From assembly GCA_027485645.1 (NCBI GenBank), contig JAIXQR010000001.1, forward strand, positions 363,632 through 427,631: a DNA stretch of 64,000 bases, read 5' to 3'. The position numbers and the translations under genes were made by a program. The DNA is from a bacterium. GTDB lineage: Bacteria > Armatimonadota > Fimbriimonadia > Fimbriimonadales > Fimbriimonadaceae. The notes under the pieces are model-generated. The model did not search any database. It had not been told where the DNA came from and worked only from the letters and a program-made list of their open reading frames with translations. Shown in pieces: positions 45,587 through 54,004 of this stretch (the stretch's first letter is position 1; the number at the start of each line of letters is the position of its first letter).

Positions 45587-47887
45587 ATGCTCGGTGCCAT
45601 CACCCCGTTAATGCTTGCATCCGCCGTCGCGGATCGTCGGCCACCCCGAACGTATGATCTTCTCCACGTCAAGTGGCAGATTGCGATCAACAAGAACAAG
45701 CCTGGGCAGATTGCTGGCACGGTTACGAACCGCCTCCAACTCATGCCGGGACAGCGATCGGTCAGTTTCGATTGTCAGCGACTATCGGTTCAAAGCGTCA
45801 TGGTCGACGGCAAGCCGAAGTCGTTCGTCCTGCAAAACAATCGCCTCTCTATTCCAAACGCCGGCAAGAGCCTGAGGCCGATCAACGTCACGATCACATA
45901 CACCGGCGCTCCAGAAGCTGGCGTCTACTACATTCCAGCCGAACGCGCCTATCCGGCAAAAACGCCCGTTTACTACACCCAGGGCGAAATGGAAGACACC
46001 CGAAACTGGCTTCCAACCTACGACTACCCAGATGATAAAGCCACGTCTGAAGGCACCCTCATTCTTCCAAAGGGTTGGAGCGGCCTCAGCAATGGCAAGT
46101 TGGTCCGAAAAGTCACCGGCAAGGCGAACGATGTCTTCAGCTGGAAGATGGATCAGGCCCACTCGACCTATCTGATCAGTTTCGTAGCGGGACCGTATTC
46201 CGAAGTCTTTGAGCAGCGCTCGCCGCTTCCGGTGAGCTATTGGGTGCCCAAGGGGCTAGAAGCCCAAGGTAAAGTCTCGTTCGAAGGCACTGCCCGCAAC
46301 GTGGCGTTCTTCGAAAAGCTGACCGGCTTCAAATATCCGTACGCAAAGTACAGCCAGTCGGCGGTCCCCGATTTCATGTTCGGCGGAATGGAGAACATCA
46401 CCGCGACAACCCAGACCATCGATACGCTCCACCCGCAGCACATCCACCCGCTGGAAGATTCGACAGGTCTCGTGGCGCACGAGTTGGCGCACCAGTGGTT
46501 CGGCGACACCGTGACGACGCCAAACTGGTCGCACATCTGGATCAACGAAGGCTGGGCGAGCTTCCTCCCTTCGTTCTACACGCGTGAGATTGCCGGACAA
46601 GACGCATTTGACCTGCAGCGCGTCGACGTTTTGGCTGGCGGCCTTGGCGCACATGCGGGCGGAAACCGCCCGATGGTCTGGTTCGACTATAAAGACCCCA
46701 TCGAGATGTTTGATGGCTTCGCCTATCCGGGCGGCGCTTCGCGAATGTTTATGTTGATGCGAATGGTCGGCGAGCCTGCCTTCTGGGATGCGACCAAAAA
46801 GTATCTCAACGCCTACAAGTACAAGAACGTCGATACCGAACAGTTCTTCACGTTCTATTCCAAGACTCTTGGCACGAATCTCGACTGGTTCCGAAAGCAG
46901 TGGTTCTATGAAAACGCGGCTCCGAAGCTGACGGTGAAGCGAGACGGCAAGAAGTGGACAATTGAGCAGTCCGGGACCAACTTCCGGATTCCAACGGAAG
47001 TTCTGCTGATCAATGGCGAACAGATCGGCATTGAGAAAGTCACCCTTACCGGTCCGAAGACGGAGGTCAACTTCCCGGCCGAGCTCGTTCAGCTCGACCC
47101 AGCCGCTTGGCAAATGGCGGACATTCGGTACGAAGCGAATCTGACCCCCGCCGAGTGGATGAAGATGTACCGCTTCGCTCGCAATGCAGGTCAGCGCGCG
47201 CGACTTGCGCCGGTTGCCTTCCCAGCGCTCTCCGAGCCGCAGAAGGTCGAGCTCGCCAAGCTGAGCGCGAGCAACGCTCTCCGAAGCCGATTGATTCCGT
47301 TGATCTCCGACGAGGCCTACCTTGCGAGCTTGCTGACCAGCGCCAGCCCATTCGAGCGACGCGAAGCGGCGAACCGACTTGGCAACTTGAAGCCAAGCGA
47401 GGCAACGATCGCGAAGCTTCGCGAGCTGATGCAGTCGGATAAGAATGACCTGATCCGCCTCGACTGTCTGCGAGCGGTATTCCAACTCACAAAGGACAAC
47501 TCGCTTGTTGAAGATGCCTGGGTGACCGATTCGCACCAAGACGAGTTCCGCAAGTTCGCGATGAATCAGTTCGCGGAGTCAGACAAAGACCGCGCGCGTG
47601 GGATCTGCTTGAGCCAGCTGAAGTCCCCAAGAAACGAAGCCTTGCGCGTACTAGCGATTCGGATCCTCGGCCGCGTTAAGGACCAGCCAGGGCAAACCGA
47701 AGCGTACGATGCGCTCGTGAAGGTGACGAAGGAGAAGTCCTTCGGTGCCCGAGCCGCGGCGATTGATGCACTGGCAGAATACGGCGACAAAAAAGCGATT
47801 CCAGTACTGGAACCGCTTTTGAATCACCCGCTTTCGTTCCTCAGGAACAACGTTCAGGGAGCCGTGGCAAGGCTCAAAGGCCGCTAG
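45587..47887 (+). CDS. M1 family aminopeptidase with C-terminal HEAT repeats
   Basis: 'GGMEN', 'HELAHQW-x-INEG', 'YPGG'; signal peptide. Confidence 0.93.
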   Translation: MLGAITPLMLASAVADRRPPRTYDLLHVKWQIAINKNKPGQIAGTVTNRLQLMPGQRSVSFDCQRLSVQSVMVDGKPKSFVLQNNRLSIPNAGKSLRPINVTITYTGAPEAGVYYIPAERAYPAKTPVYYTQGEMEDTRNWLPTYDYPDDKATSEGTLILPKGWSGLSNGKLVRKVTGKANDVFSWKMDQAHSTYLISFVAGPYSEVFEQRSPLPVSYWVPKGLEAQGKVSFEGTARNVAFFEKLTGFKYPYAKYSQSAVPDFMFGGMENITATTQTIDTLHPQHIHPLEDSTGLVAHELAHQWFGDTVTTPNWSHIWINEGWASFLPSFYTREIAGQDAFDLQRVDVLAGGLGAHAGGNRPMVWFDYKDPIEMFDGFAYPGGASRMFMLMRMVGEPAFWDATKKYLNAYKYKNVDTEQFFTFYSKTLGTNLDWFRKQWFYENAAPKLTVKRDGKKWTIEQSGTNFRIPTEVLLINGEQIGIEKVTLTGPKTEVNFPAELVQLDPAAWQMADIRYEANLTPAEWMKMYRFARNAGQRARLAPVAFPALSEPQKVELAKLSASNALRSRLIPLISDEAYLASLLTSASPFERREAANRLGNLKPSEATIAKLRELMQSDKNDLIRLDCLRAVFQLTKDNSLVEDAWVTDSHQDEFRKFAMNQFAESDKDRARGICLSQLKSPRNEALRVLAIRILGRVKDQPGQTEAYDALVKVTKEKSFGARAAAIDALAEYGDKKAIPVLEPLLNHPLSFLRNNVQGAVARLKGR

Positions 47888-48497
47888 CGCGGGCTTTCTT
47901 GTCTAGGTCGAGAAGAATGTCATAAGCCAGCGGATCTAGGAAAATGACGCGGATAAAGAACTTCATCTTTTCCGCGTCGGATTTCCCGGTGAGGTCAGCG
48001 GTCGGATCGAGTTCCTTCCAGTCGATGCTCGTCATGACCTTTTTCTGGCCAGCATCGAAGCACTCGTCGATCGTCTTGTAGAGCATTTCCGAAAGTTCGC
48101 CGCGAGCCATGATTCGGCGAAAGCCGAGGGCTCGAACGAGCAGGATGCACTTCTTGACAAGGTCTTTCTTGGGAAAGACGCCGTTCTCGCGGGCCTTCTT
48201 CAGCGACTCATTTACTTCCGCTTCAAGCGCCAGGAGCTGCTTGTCTTCGTCTTCCAGAACCTTTCGTTGCTCCGCTTTGATCTTCGCGTAGACGGGAAGG
48301 ATCTTGTCGAACTGGTCCTTTCGGATGATCAGCGGCATCAATTGCATCAGCAAGTCGATCCGGCGCATGTTCTCCTGAACCTTCTGGCTACGCGCCGCAA
48401 TTTCAGGGTCTTGGAGTTTGGGGGAGGTTCCGGCCGATGCCGAAGCACCGATCACGAACATCGCAGCGATGGTGATTGCAACACGTGAAAAGCTCAT
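47874..48497 (-). CDS. Hypothetical secreted helical protein
   Basis: Start reassigned to MSFSRVAITIAAM (ATGA overlap); signal peptide. Confidence 0.65.
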   Translation of the reverse strand: MSFSRVAITIAAMFVIGASASAGTSPKLQDPEIAARSQKVQENMRRIDLLMQLMPLIIRKDQFDKILPVYAKIKAEQRKVLEDEDKQLLALEAEVNESLKKARENGVFPKKDLVKKCILLVRALGFRRIMARGELSEMLYKTIDECFDAGQKKVMTSIDWKELDPTADLTGKSDAEKMKFFIRVIFLDPLAYDILLDLDKKARASGL

Positions 48498-48862
48498 TTC
48501 AAATTCTCGTTCTGGTTGGACGATTGTATGGCATCGCCGGTTTGTCTTGCATCCATAGCAAGTGAAACGGCGACGCTCATCGCCGCGGTTTGGAGCCAAA
48601 CGAACGTTGATCCCGAGAGAGCCAGCAGCAGCCAAGCCCATGGAGCGAGCCCCGTCGGGGCCAAGCCATTGAATGCGGCGATGCAGGCGATGCCGCCGCC
48701 GAGGATCAAGATTGCGACCGGGAAGAGCAGAATGAGCGCGCTCAGACGCTGCTTGCGAGGTCGCTTCCGTAGCTCGTGCGGCGACAGAAGCGCCACCCGG
48801 CGTACGGAAAGGCCAGCCGCAATCCAAATGACAAAAGCTAAGCCTGTTTGAATCCAGAACAC
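48494..48862 (-). CDS. Hypothetical membrane protein (3 TM)
   Basis: Three hydrophobic segments; stop overlaps the next start. Confidence 0.6.
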   Translation of the reverse strand: MFWIQTGLAFVIWIAAGLSVRRVALLSPHELRKRPRKQRLSALILLFPVAILILGGGIACIAAFNGLAPTGLAPWAWLLLALSGSTFVWLQTAAMSVAVSLAMDARQTGDAIQSSNQNENLK

Positions 48863-48884
48863 GAATCGGTATTATGCGTCCACT

Positions 48885-49814
48885 TTGATCCTTGTTTTTG
48901 GAACAATCTGCATCGACCGGCTGCGGCGGGTTTCGCGCCTCCCAGAGCCCGGTGGCTATGTGGAAGTCGAGCAAGAGCAGTTAATGCTCGGCGGTGAGGC
49001 CGCGAATACCGCGACAGCTCTTCTGCAATGGGGCGACGCTCCGGTTCTAACCGGAAATGCGATCGGGACCTCGCTCGAGTCGGACGTTCTATGGTCGGCG
49101 CTGCGCGCAAAGAAGCTGCCGGTTGAGAATCTGCGAGCACTGCCGGAAGGACGTCAATCCGGGCCGATGCTGTCCCCGGTCTGCGATGTTTACATCACGC
49201 CAGACGGACAGCGCACGATGTTCGGAACGGGATTTGGCCGCATGGGTCCCGGCATCCCGGTCTCTCTGTTGCCGTACGTCGAGGGAAGCTGGTTTACCGC
49301 TGAGTCGAATATGTCCGGACCATCGCGCGACGCCGTACGCGCAGCGGCTGCCGCCGGAATGAAGGTTTACATGATGGATTTCTTTCGGGAGGAGGAGCCA
49401 ATCGAAGAGAACATGTTTTGGCAGAGCAGCACCGACTGGGTCGGCGTCCGCGGAAATACGCAGCGGAACGTTCGCTGGGTCAAAGACTGGGTTGCGAAGT
49501 ACGGTTGCTTTGCCATCTTGAGCGATGGCCCGAACGGATTTGTCGCCGGCTCACCGAGCCATCCGGTACGCATGTATCCACCGTTTCCAGCGCCTGACAT
49601 GGTGGACAGCACGGGAGCCGGGGACATGTTCCGCGCCGGGATGCTGCACGGCCTCTCTCGCGGATGGGCGATTCCCGATTGCTTGCGCTTTGCCGCCGCG
49701 GCGGGCTGTCTGAAGTGCGGATACTTCGGTGCGACCTCGCATATTCCACCGATTACGGATATCGAGCATCTGATAACAGAAAACCCGGATGTCGCCGCTC
49801 AGTACGAGCGTTGA
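48885..49814 (+). CDS. PfkB family carbohydrate kinase
   Basis: 'GGEAANTA', 'DSTGAGD..RAG'. Confidence 0.9.
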   Translation: MILVFGTICIDRLRRVSRLPEPGGYVEVEQEQLMLGGEAANTATALLQWGDAPVLTGNAIGTSLESDVLWSALRAKKLPVENLRALPEGRQSGPMLSPVCDVYITPDGQRTMFGTGFGRMGPGIPVSLLPYVEGSWFTAESNMSGPSRDAVRAAAAAGMKVYMMDFFREEEPIEENMFWQSSTDWVGVRGNTQRNVRWVKDWVAKYGCFAILSDGPNGFVAGSPSHPVRMYPPFPAPDMVDSTGAGDMFRAGMLHGLSRGWAIPDCLRFAAAAGCLKCGYFGATSHIPPITDIEHLITENPDVAAQYER

Positions 49815-49827
49815 CATCCGGGTTTTC
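49779..49827. terminator. Long hairpin overlapping the pfkB 3' end (possible bidirectional terminator)
   Basis: Perfect 15-bp outer stem GAAAACCCGGATGTC/GACATCCGGGTTTTC plus inner CGCTC/GAGCG. Confidence 0.65.
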
Positions 49828-49838
49828 GAGTTGCGTAG

Positions 49839-51248
49839 TTAGCGGACTTGGCAGAAGTCGGCGACGATAACATCGCCGTCGAGTCGGCCCTTAGCCTTTA
49901 CAACCGCTCCTGGAGCTGCGATCAGTTCAAGGAAGGCGGCTGCCGAGATCATGTCTCCCGACCGGTTCTTGAACTGCGACTCAGCCGCGTTCACTGACAT
50001 GACCTTGCCGACGGCGCCAGGGAATCCTTCCCACTCCGAAAGAGTGATCTTGAATTTCTTTTCCAGAACATTGATGTCCGAAACGGCGCCCTTGCCTTCG
50101 ACTTCGTTGCCAGGACCATCATCGTCTGCACCCTCGAAGTGAACGGACTTCGCGGTCAGAGTGTTGGTTTCAGCGTTGTAGACGCCTTCTGCTTCGACCG
50201 GAGCTGCTGGCTTCGCAAGAGCGAACCACTCAGCTTTGGTCGTTGTGAGGCCGCGTCGTAGTCGGAAGCGGGTCGTATCGGAAGTTTGAACCTTGACCAT
50301 GCTGGCGGAAGGAATGAATCCGCGCACGAGCTTCGCTTCAACAAAGAAGCTACCAGCGTCGGCGTTGATCTCCGACATCGGGCCGAATACCTTTGGCTCT
50401 TCGGCTCGGGCATCCTCGATCTTGATGCTCTTCGCGGTGATCGTTCGGGTTGAAATGTTGAACTTGCCTCGGATCTCCGCTCGCTGGCCGTTAGCCAAGA
50501 CCGGATTCACACCGCCATCTTCTCGGAAGATGACCGTGTCGGCGGTGGTAACAACGTTGATCGCTGCGCCTCGACCACTCAGGGTGAAAGTTTGGGTTGG
50601 AACGGTGCCCGCTAGGGAGCCGACGGTGCCCTTATAGTCTTCTTCTCGATGCCGAGCGTCGTTGCCGAGGTTCGGATCTTCGATTCGCTTTGCGGAAGGG
50701 GTGACGTGGGTCGCCGTTTCTGTCCAGTTCTCCAGGTCAAAGTCCACGATGACGTTCGTGGTGCTGCTCACTTCCGCCTCGATCGAGACCGGGATGTGAG
50801 TCTTGCCGTCTGGAGCATCAAACGAAGCCGCGAACTGCTTTGTCACGCCAACGCCCGCGAGATTGACCAAAGAAACGGAGTGATCAACGATCACGTCGGC
50901 TCGGCGGTAGCGGCCAATCGGAATGTTTCCTTGAGCTAGGAACGAGAACTGTCGGGCGCCACCCTGGTTCAGAGCGCGAAGGTCGGTGACCGTGCCAGCG
51001 GCATCTTCGAAAACCGTGACGGCGGTGCCATCAGGTCGAACGAGTCGGATACCGTGAACCTTAACCCACACCTGGGCATAGTCGTTAACCGCGTCGGTGG
51101 CAAACATAGCAACAGGAACGGTTCCAGAGGCTGCTGCCTCGGACCCGCCACCACCACAGCCAGCCAACAAAGCGGTTGTGAGGATCGCAGCACCTGCCAC
51201 GAAAGAGTGGAAGCCAATTAGCTTCTTAGTGAAGCAATGAAATCTCAT
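49839..51248 (-). CDS. DUF4382 + 3x DUF5666 lipoprotein
   Basis: Lipobox LAGC; 'FATDA...Y.QVWV.V'; three OB-like repeats 'G.V..I......F......V....T.F'. Confidence 0.75.
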   Translation of the reverse strand: MRFHCFTKKLIGFHSFVAGAAILTTALLAGCGGGGSEAAASGTVPVAMFATDAVNDYAQVWVKVHGIRLVRPDGTAVTVFEDAAGTVTDLRALNQGGARQFSFLAQGNIPIGRYRRADVIVDHSVSLVNLAGVGVTKQFAASFDAPDGKTHIPVSIEAEVSSTTNVIVDFDLENWTETATHVTPSAKRIEDPNLGNDARHREEDYKGTVGSLAGTVPTQTFTLSGRGAAINVVTTADTVIFREDGGVNPVLANGQRAEIRGKFNISTRTITAKSIKIEDARAEEPKVFGPMSEINADAGSFFVEAKLVRGFIPSASMVKVQTSDTTRFRLRRGLTTTKAEWFALAKPAAPVEAEGVYNAETNTLTAKSVHFEGADDDGPGNEVEGKGAVSDINVLEKKFKITLSEWEGFPGAVGKVMSVNAAESQFKNRSGDMISAAAFLELIAAPGAVVKAKGRLDGDVIVADFCQVR

Positions 51249-51289
51249 CCCCTCTACGATATCGCACGGAATTTTCGCGCGCAAGCTGA

Positions 51290-51318
51290 TTTCTGAGATA
51301 TCAATCGACTTTCTGAGA
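51290..51318. repeat. 9-bp perfect direct repeat, 20-bp period
   Basis: TTTCTGAGA at 51290 and 51310. Confidence 0.6.
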
Positions 51319-51405
51319 AAAATTGCGCTTTACCTGCTAGAAAACTCATAAATTCACGTGCCATACGCGATAAAGGCGTAGCCAGTTTTGCGAATTGATC
51401 TTCCG

Positions 51406-51966
51406 CTATTTTGGAGAGACCGGCTTCGCCTGCGTCCCCGATGTATTCGATTTGTCCTTAAGGAACTTTCGCTTCCTCAAGATCGGAGTGAAGAACATCC
51501 CGATACCACTGATCGCGAGAGCTAACAAGCCCAAGGCGGTGATCGGAAGTCCGTACTCGTGCATCAGGTCAGAAAAGATGCTGAAGTCGTGGATATCTTC
51601 CGCAAGCTGGTCATTCCGGAACGACACGGTCAGGACCTTGCCGGTCTTGCCATCTACCTGGACTTCCTGATACCCCTCTTTGCTTATGACCTTAAAAATG
51701 TTTGACTTTGGCCGGTAGTCCACCCGGTCAACATCTTTCATGCTCCGAAGCTCTGGGATCCCTTTGGCAAAGGCGGCTTCTGCGGCGGCTTGTACCGAGA
51801 TGATCTCGGCGGGAGACTCGACCTTTTCCGCCTTGGCCTCTGGAGGTCGCATCCACTCGATCTTGCCCTTCGTGGCCAGCAGGAACCCGGTGGTCGCCAG
51901 GATCACGAGCAGCAGTGAGGCAAGGATGCCTACCCATTTGTGAGATTGCCGAAGGATTCGGAACAC
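51406..51966 (-). CDS. PepSY-associated TM / PepSY domain protein
   Basis: 'HKWVGI...ATTG.LL', 'EVQVDGKTGKV', 'DIHD'. Confidence 0.85.
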   Translation of the reverse strand: MFRILRQSHKWVGILASLLLVILATTGFLLATKGKIEWMRPPEAKAEKVESPAEIISVQAAAEAAFAKGIPELRSMKDVDRVDYRPKSNIFKVISKEGYQEVQVDGKTGKVLTVSFRNDQLAEDIHDFSIFSDLMHEYGLPITALGLLALAISGIGMFFTPILRKRKFLKDKSNTSGTQAKPVSPK

Positions 51967-52060
51967 GCCTTACAATACGTCAAACTTTCTCCTACTCGCT
52001 TCGCCGCGAAAGTGCTCTCCCTCGGAGACTGACTGGGGCGGGGCGTAGTAAGAATCCAGC

Positions 52061-53905
52061 ATGGCCAGACGATCCTTGAACGAAACCGTGAACGAGCGGC
52101 TGGAAAAGCTGCCGGCCACCCCTGGCTGCTACATCTACAAGGATGAGAAGGGAGCCGTGCTGTACGTGGGCAAGGCGATCTCCCTCAAGAATCGGGTTCG
52201 AAGCTACTTCCAGGCTTCCGCCAAACATGGCCCGCGCATCGCGCGATTAGTTGGCAAAGTTCGCGATATCGAGTGGATCGTTGTTGATACCGAGCTGGAG
52301 GCGCTCGTGCTTGAGTGCAACCTCATCAAGCAGTACCGACCTCCGTACAACGTCCGCCTTCGCGATGACAAATCGTATCCATATGTTGCCATCACGAACG
52401 AAGCCTATCCACGATTGATCTTCACCCGGAAGGTGCGCAAGGACGGCGCGAAGTACTTCGGACCGTTTACGAGTGCGTTCGCGGTTCGAGACACGATCCA
52501 ACTGCTCCACAAGATCTTCCCGTTGATCCCTTGCGGAAAGAGCTGGACCGGGGCAGATGTGCAAAAGCCGTGTCTCTACTTCCACCTCGGGAGATGTCTT
52601 GCTCCGTGTGCGGGCAAGAGCGACAAAGCCGAATACGGAAAGATTCTCGACAAAGTCGAGCGGTTCCTCCAAGGCAAAGAGGAGAGCATCGTGGCCGACT
52701 TGACCGCCGAGATGGAAAAGGCGGCGGAGAATTTGGACTTTGAGAAAGCTGCCGGCATCCGAGACCAAATTCTCGCGATCGAAAAGGTCCTCCAGCGCCA
52801 AAAGGTGCTCAGTACGGATGCGGTGGACCAAGACGTAATTGCCGTGGTGAAGGACGAGCGTGGCGCCGCGATCCAGATGCTCTATATCCGTGGTGGAAAG
52901 CTCATCGGTCAGCGACAGTACATGCTCGATGGCGCGATGGAAGTGCCGCCCGCCGAGGCGGTCCAGGAGTTTGTCAAGCAGTACTATGCCGACGCGCCGG
53001 AGATCCCACGCGAGGTTCTGCTTCCACTTGAGATCGAAGAACGCAACATCGTCCAGACCTGGCTGCGCCAAAAGCGCGGCTCAACCATGACGGTTGAAGT
53101 GCCGCAGACCGGGGAAAAGGCACGCTTGGTTGATCTCGCAGCCGCAAATGCGGAACAGGCACTCAACCAGTTTTCGCAGGAGATGGCCAAGAAGGAAGCG
53201 TGGATGGAAGAAGCGCTGGCACAACTTCAGGAAGCCCTCAACCTGCCCACCTTGCCGTCCCGCATCGAGGGTTACGACATTTCCAACATTCAGGGCACCG
53301 CGCCGGTGGGGAGCATGGTCGTGACCGAGAATGGCGAGCCGGCAAAGGCGGAGTACCGCCGGTTCAAGATCAAATGGCTGCCTGAAGCCCCGAACGATTT
53401 CGCGATGATGAACGAAGTCTTGATGCGGCGGCTCCGCGCCTATACCGACGGCGATGAGAAGTTCGCAAAACTGCCCGATTTGATTCTCATCGATGGTGGA
53501 AAGCCGCAGCTTAGCGCCGCCCTCAAGGCGCGAGACGAATTTTCCATGACCGTCCCCATGGTCGGCTTGGCCAAGCGGCATGAACTGCTTTACATGCTGG
53601 ATGAGACCGGGTTCCGAGAGATCGAATTACCCCTCAACTCTCCAGGTTTGATGCTGCTACGCCGACTTCGAGACGAGGCTCACCGGTTCGCCTTGAGCTT
53701 CCACCGAAAGATTCGGGACAAGCGAATGGGGGGATCAGCCCTCGAAGAGATTCCTGGCGTTGGCCCTCGGCGACGCCGGTTGCTCTTGCGAACATTTGGC
53801 TCGATTGATGCCATCCGGCGAGCGACCATTGAGGACCTCGCTTCCGTGCCCACGATGACCCACGCCTTGGCCACAAAAGTTAAGGATTATCTTCAAGAAG
53901 CCTAA
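52061..53905 (+). CDS. uvrC: Excinuclease ABC subunit C
   Basis: GIY-YIG 'PGCY...YVGKA.SL..RVRSYF', 'IEGYDISN', 'LILIDGG..QL', 'RDEAHRFA', HhH 'IPGVGP.RR'. Confidence 0.98.
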   Translation: MARRSLNETVNERLEKLPATPGCYIYKDEKGAVLYVGKAISLKNRVRSYFQASAKHGPRIARLVGKVRDIEWIVVDTELEALVLECNLIKQYRPPYNVRLRDDKSYPYVAITNEAYPRLIFTRKVRKDGAKYFGPFTSAFAVRDTIQLLHKIFPLIPCGKSWTGADVQKPCLYFHLGRCLAPCAGKSDKAEYGKILDKVERFLQGKEESIVADLTAEMEKAAENLDFEKAAGIRDQILAIEKVLQRQKVLSTDAVDQDVIAVVKDERGAAIQMLYIRGGKLIGQRQYMLDGAMEVPPAEAVQEFVKQYYADAPEIPREVLLPLEIEERNIVQTWLRQKRGSTMTVEVPQTGEKARLVDLAAANAEQALNQFSQEMAKKEAWMEEALAQLQEALNLPTLPSRIEGYDISNIQGTAPVGSMVVTENGEPAKAEYRRFKIKWLPEAPNDFAMMNEVLMRRLRAYTDGDEKFAKLPDLILIDGGKPQLSAALKARDEFSMTVPMVGLAKRHELLYMLDETGFREIELPLNSPGLMLLRRLRDEAHRFALSFHRKIRDKRMGGSALEEIPGVGPRRRRLLLRTFGSIDAIRRATIEDLASVPTMTHALATKVKDYLQEA

Positions 53906-53953
53906 CAAAGATTTCGTACCTCGGGGCCAAAACTTGCTGTAATATGTGCGAGC

Positions 53954-53990
53954 CTCGGCAACGGTGACGAGCGGATTCCCAACGACGGGA
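53954..53990 (+). ncRNA. Candidate ANTAR-binding dual stem-loop in the gltB 5' leader
   Basis: P1 CTCGGC-[AACGGT]-GACGAG, 5-nt linker, P2 TCCC-[AACGAC]-GGGA; both loops are 6 nt with A1, G4 and a C-G closing pair. Confidence 0.65.
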
Positions 53991-54004
53991 CGTTCTGAGC
54001 CTCA

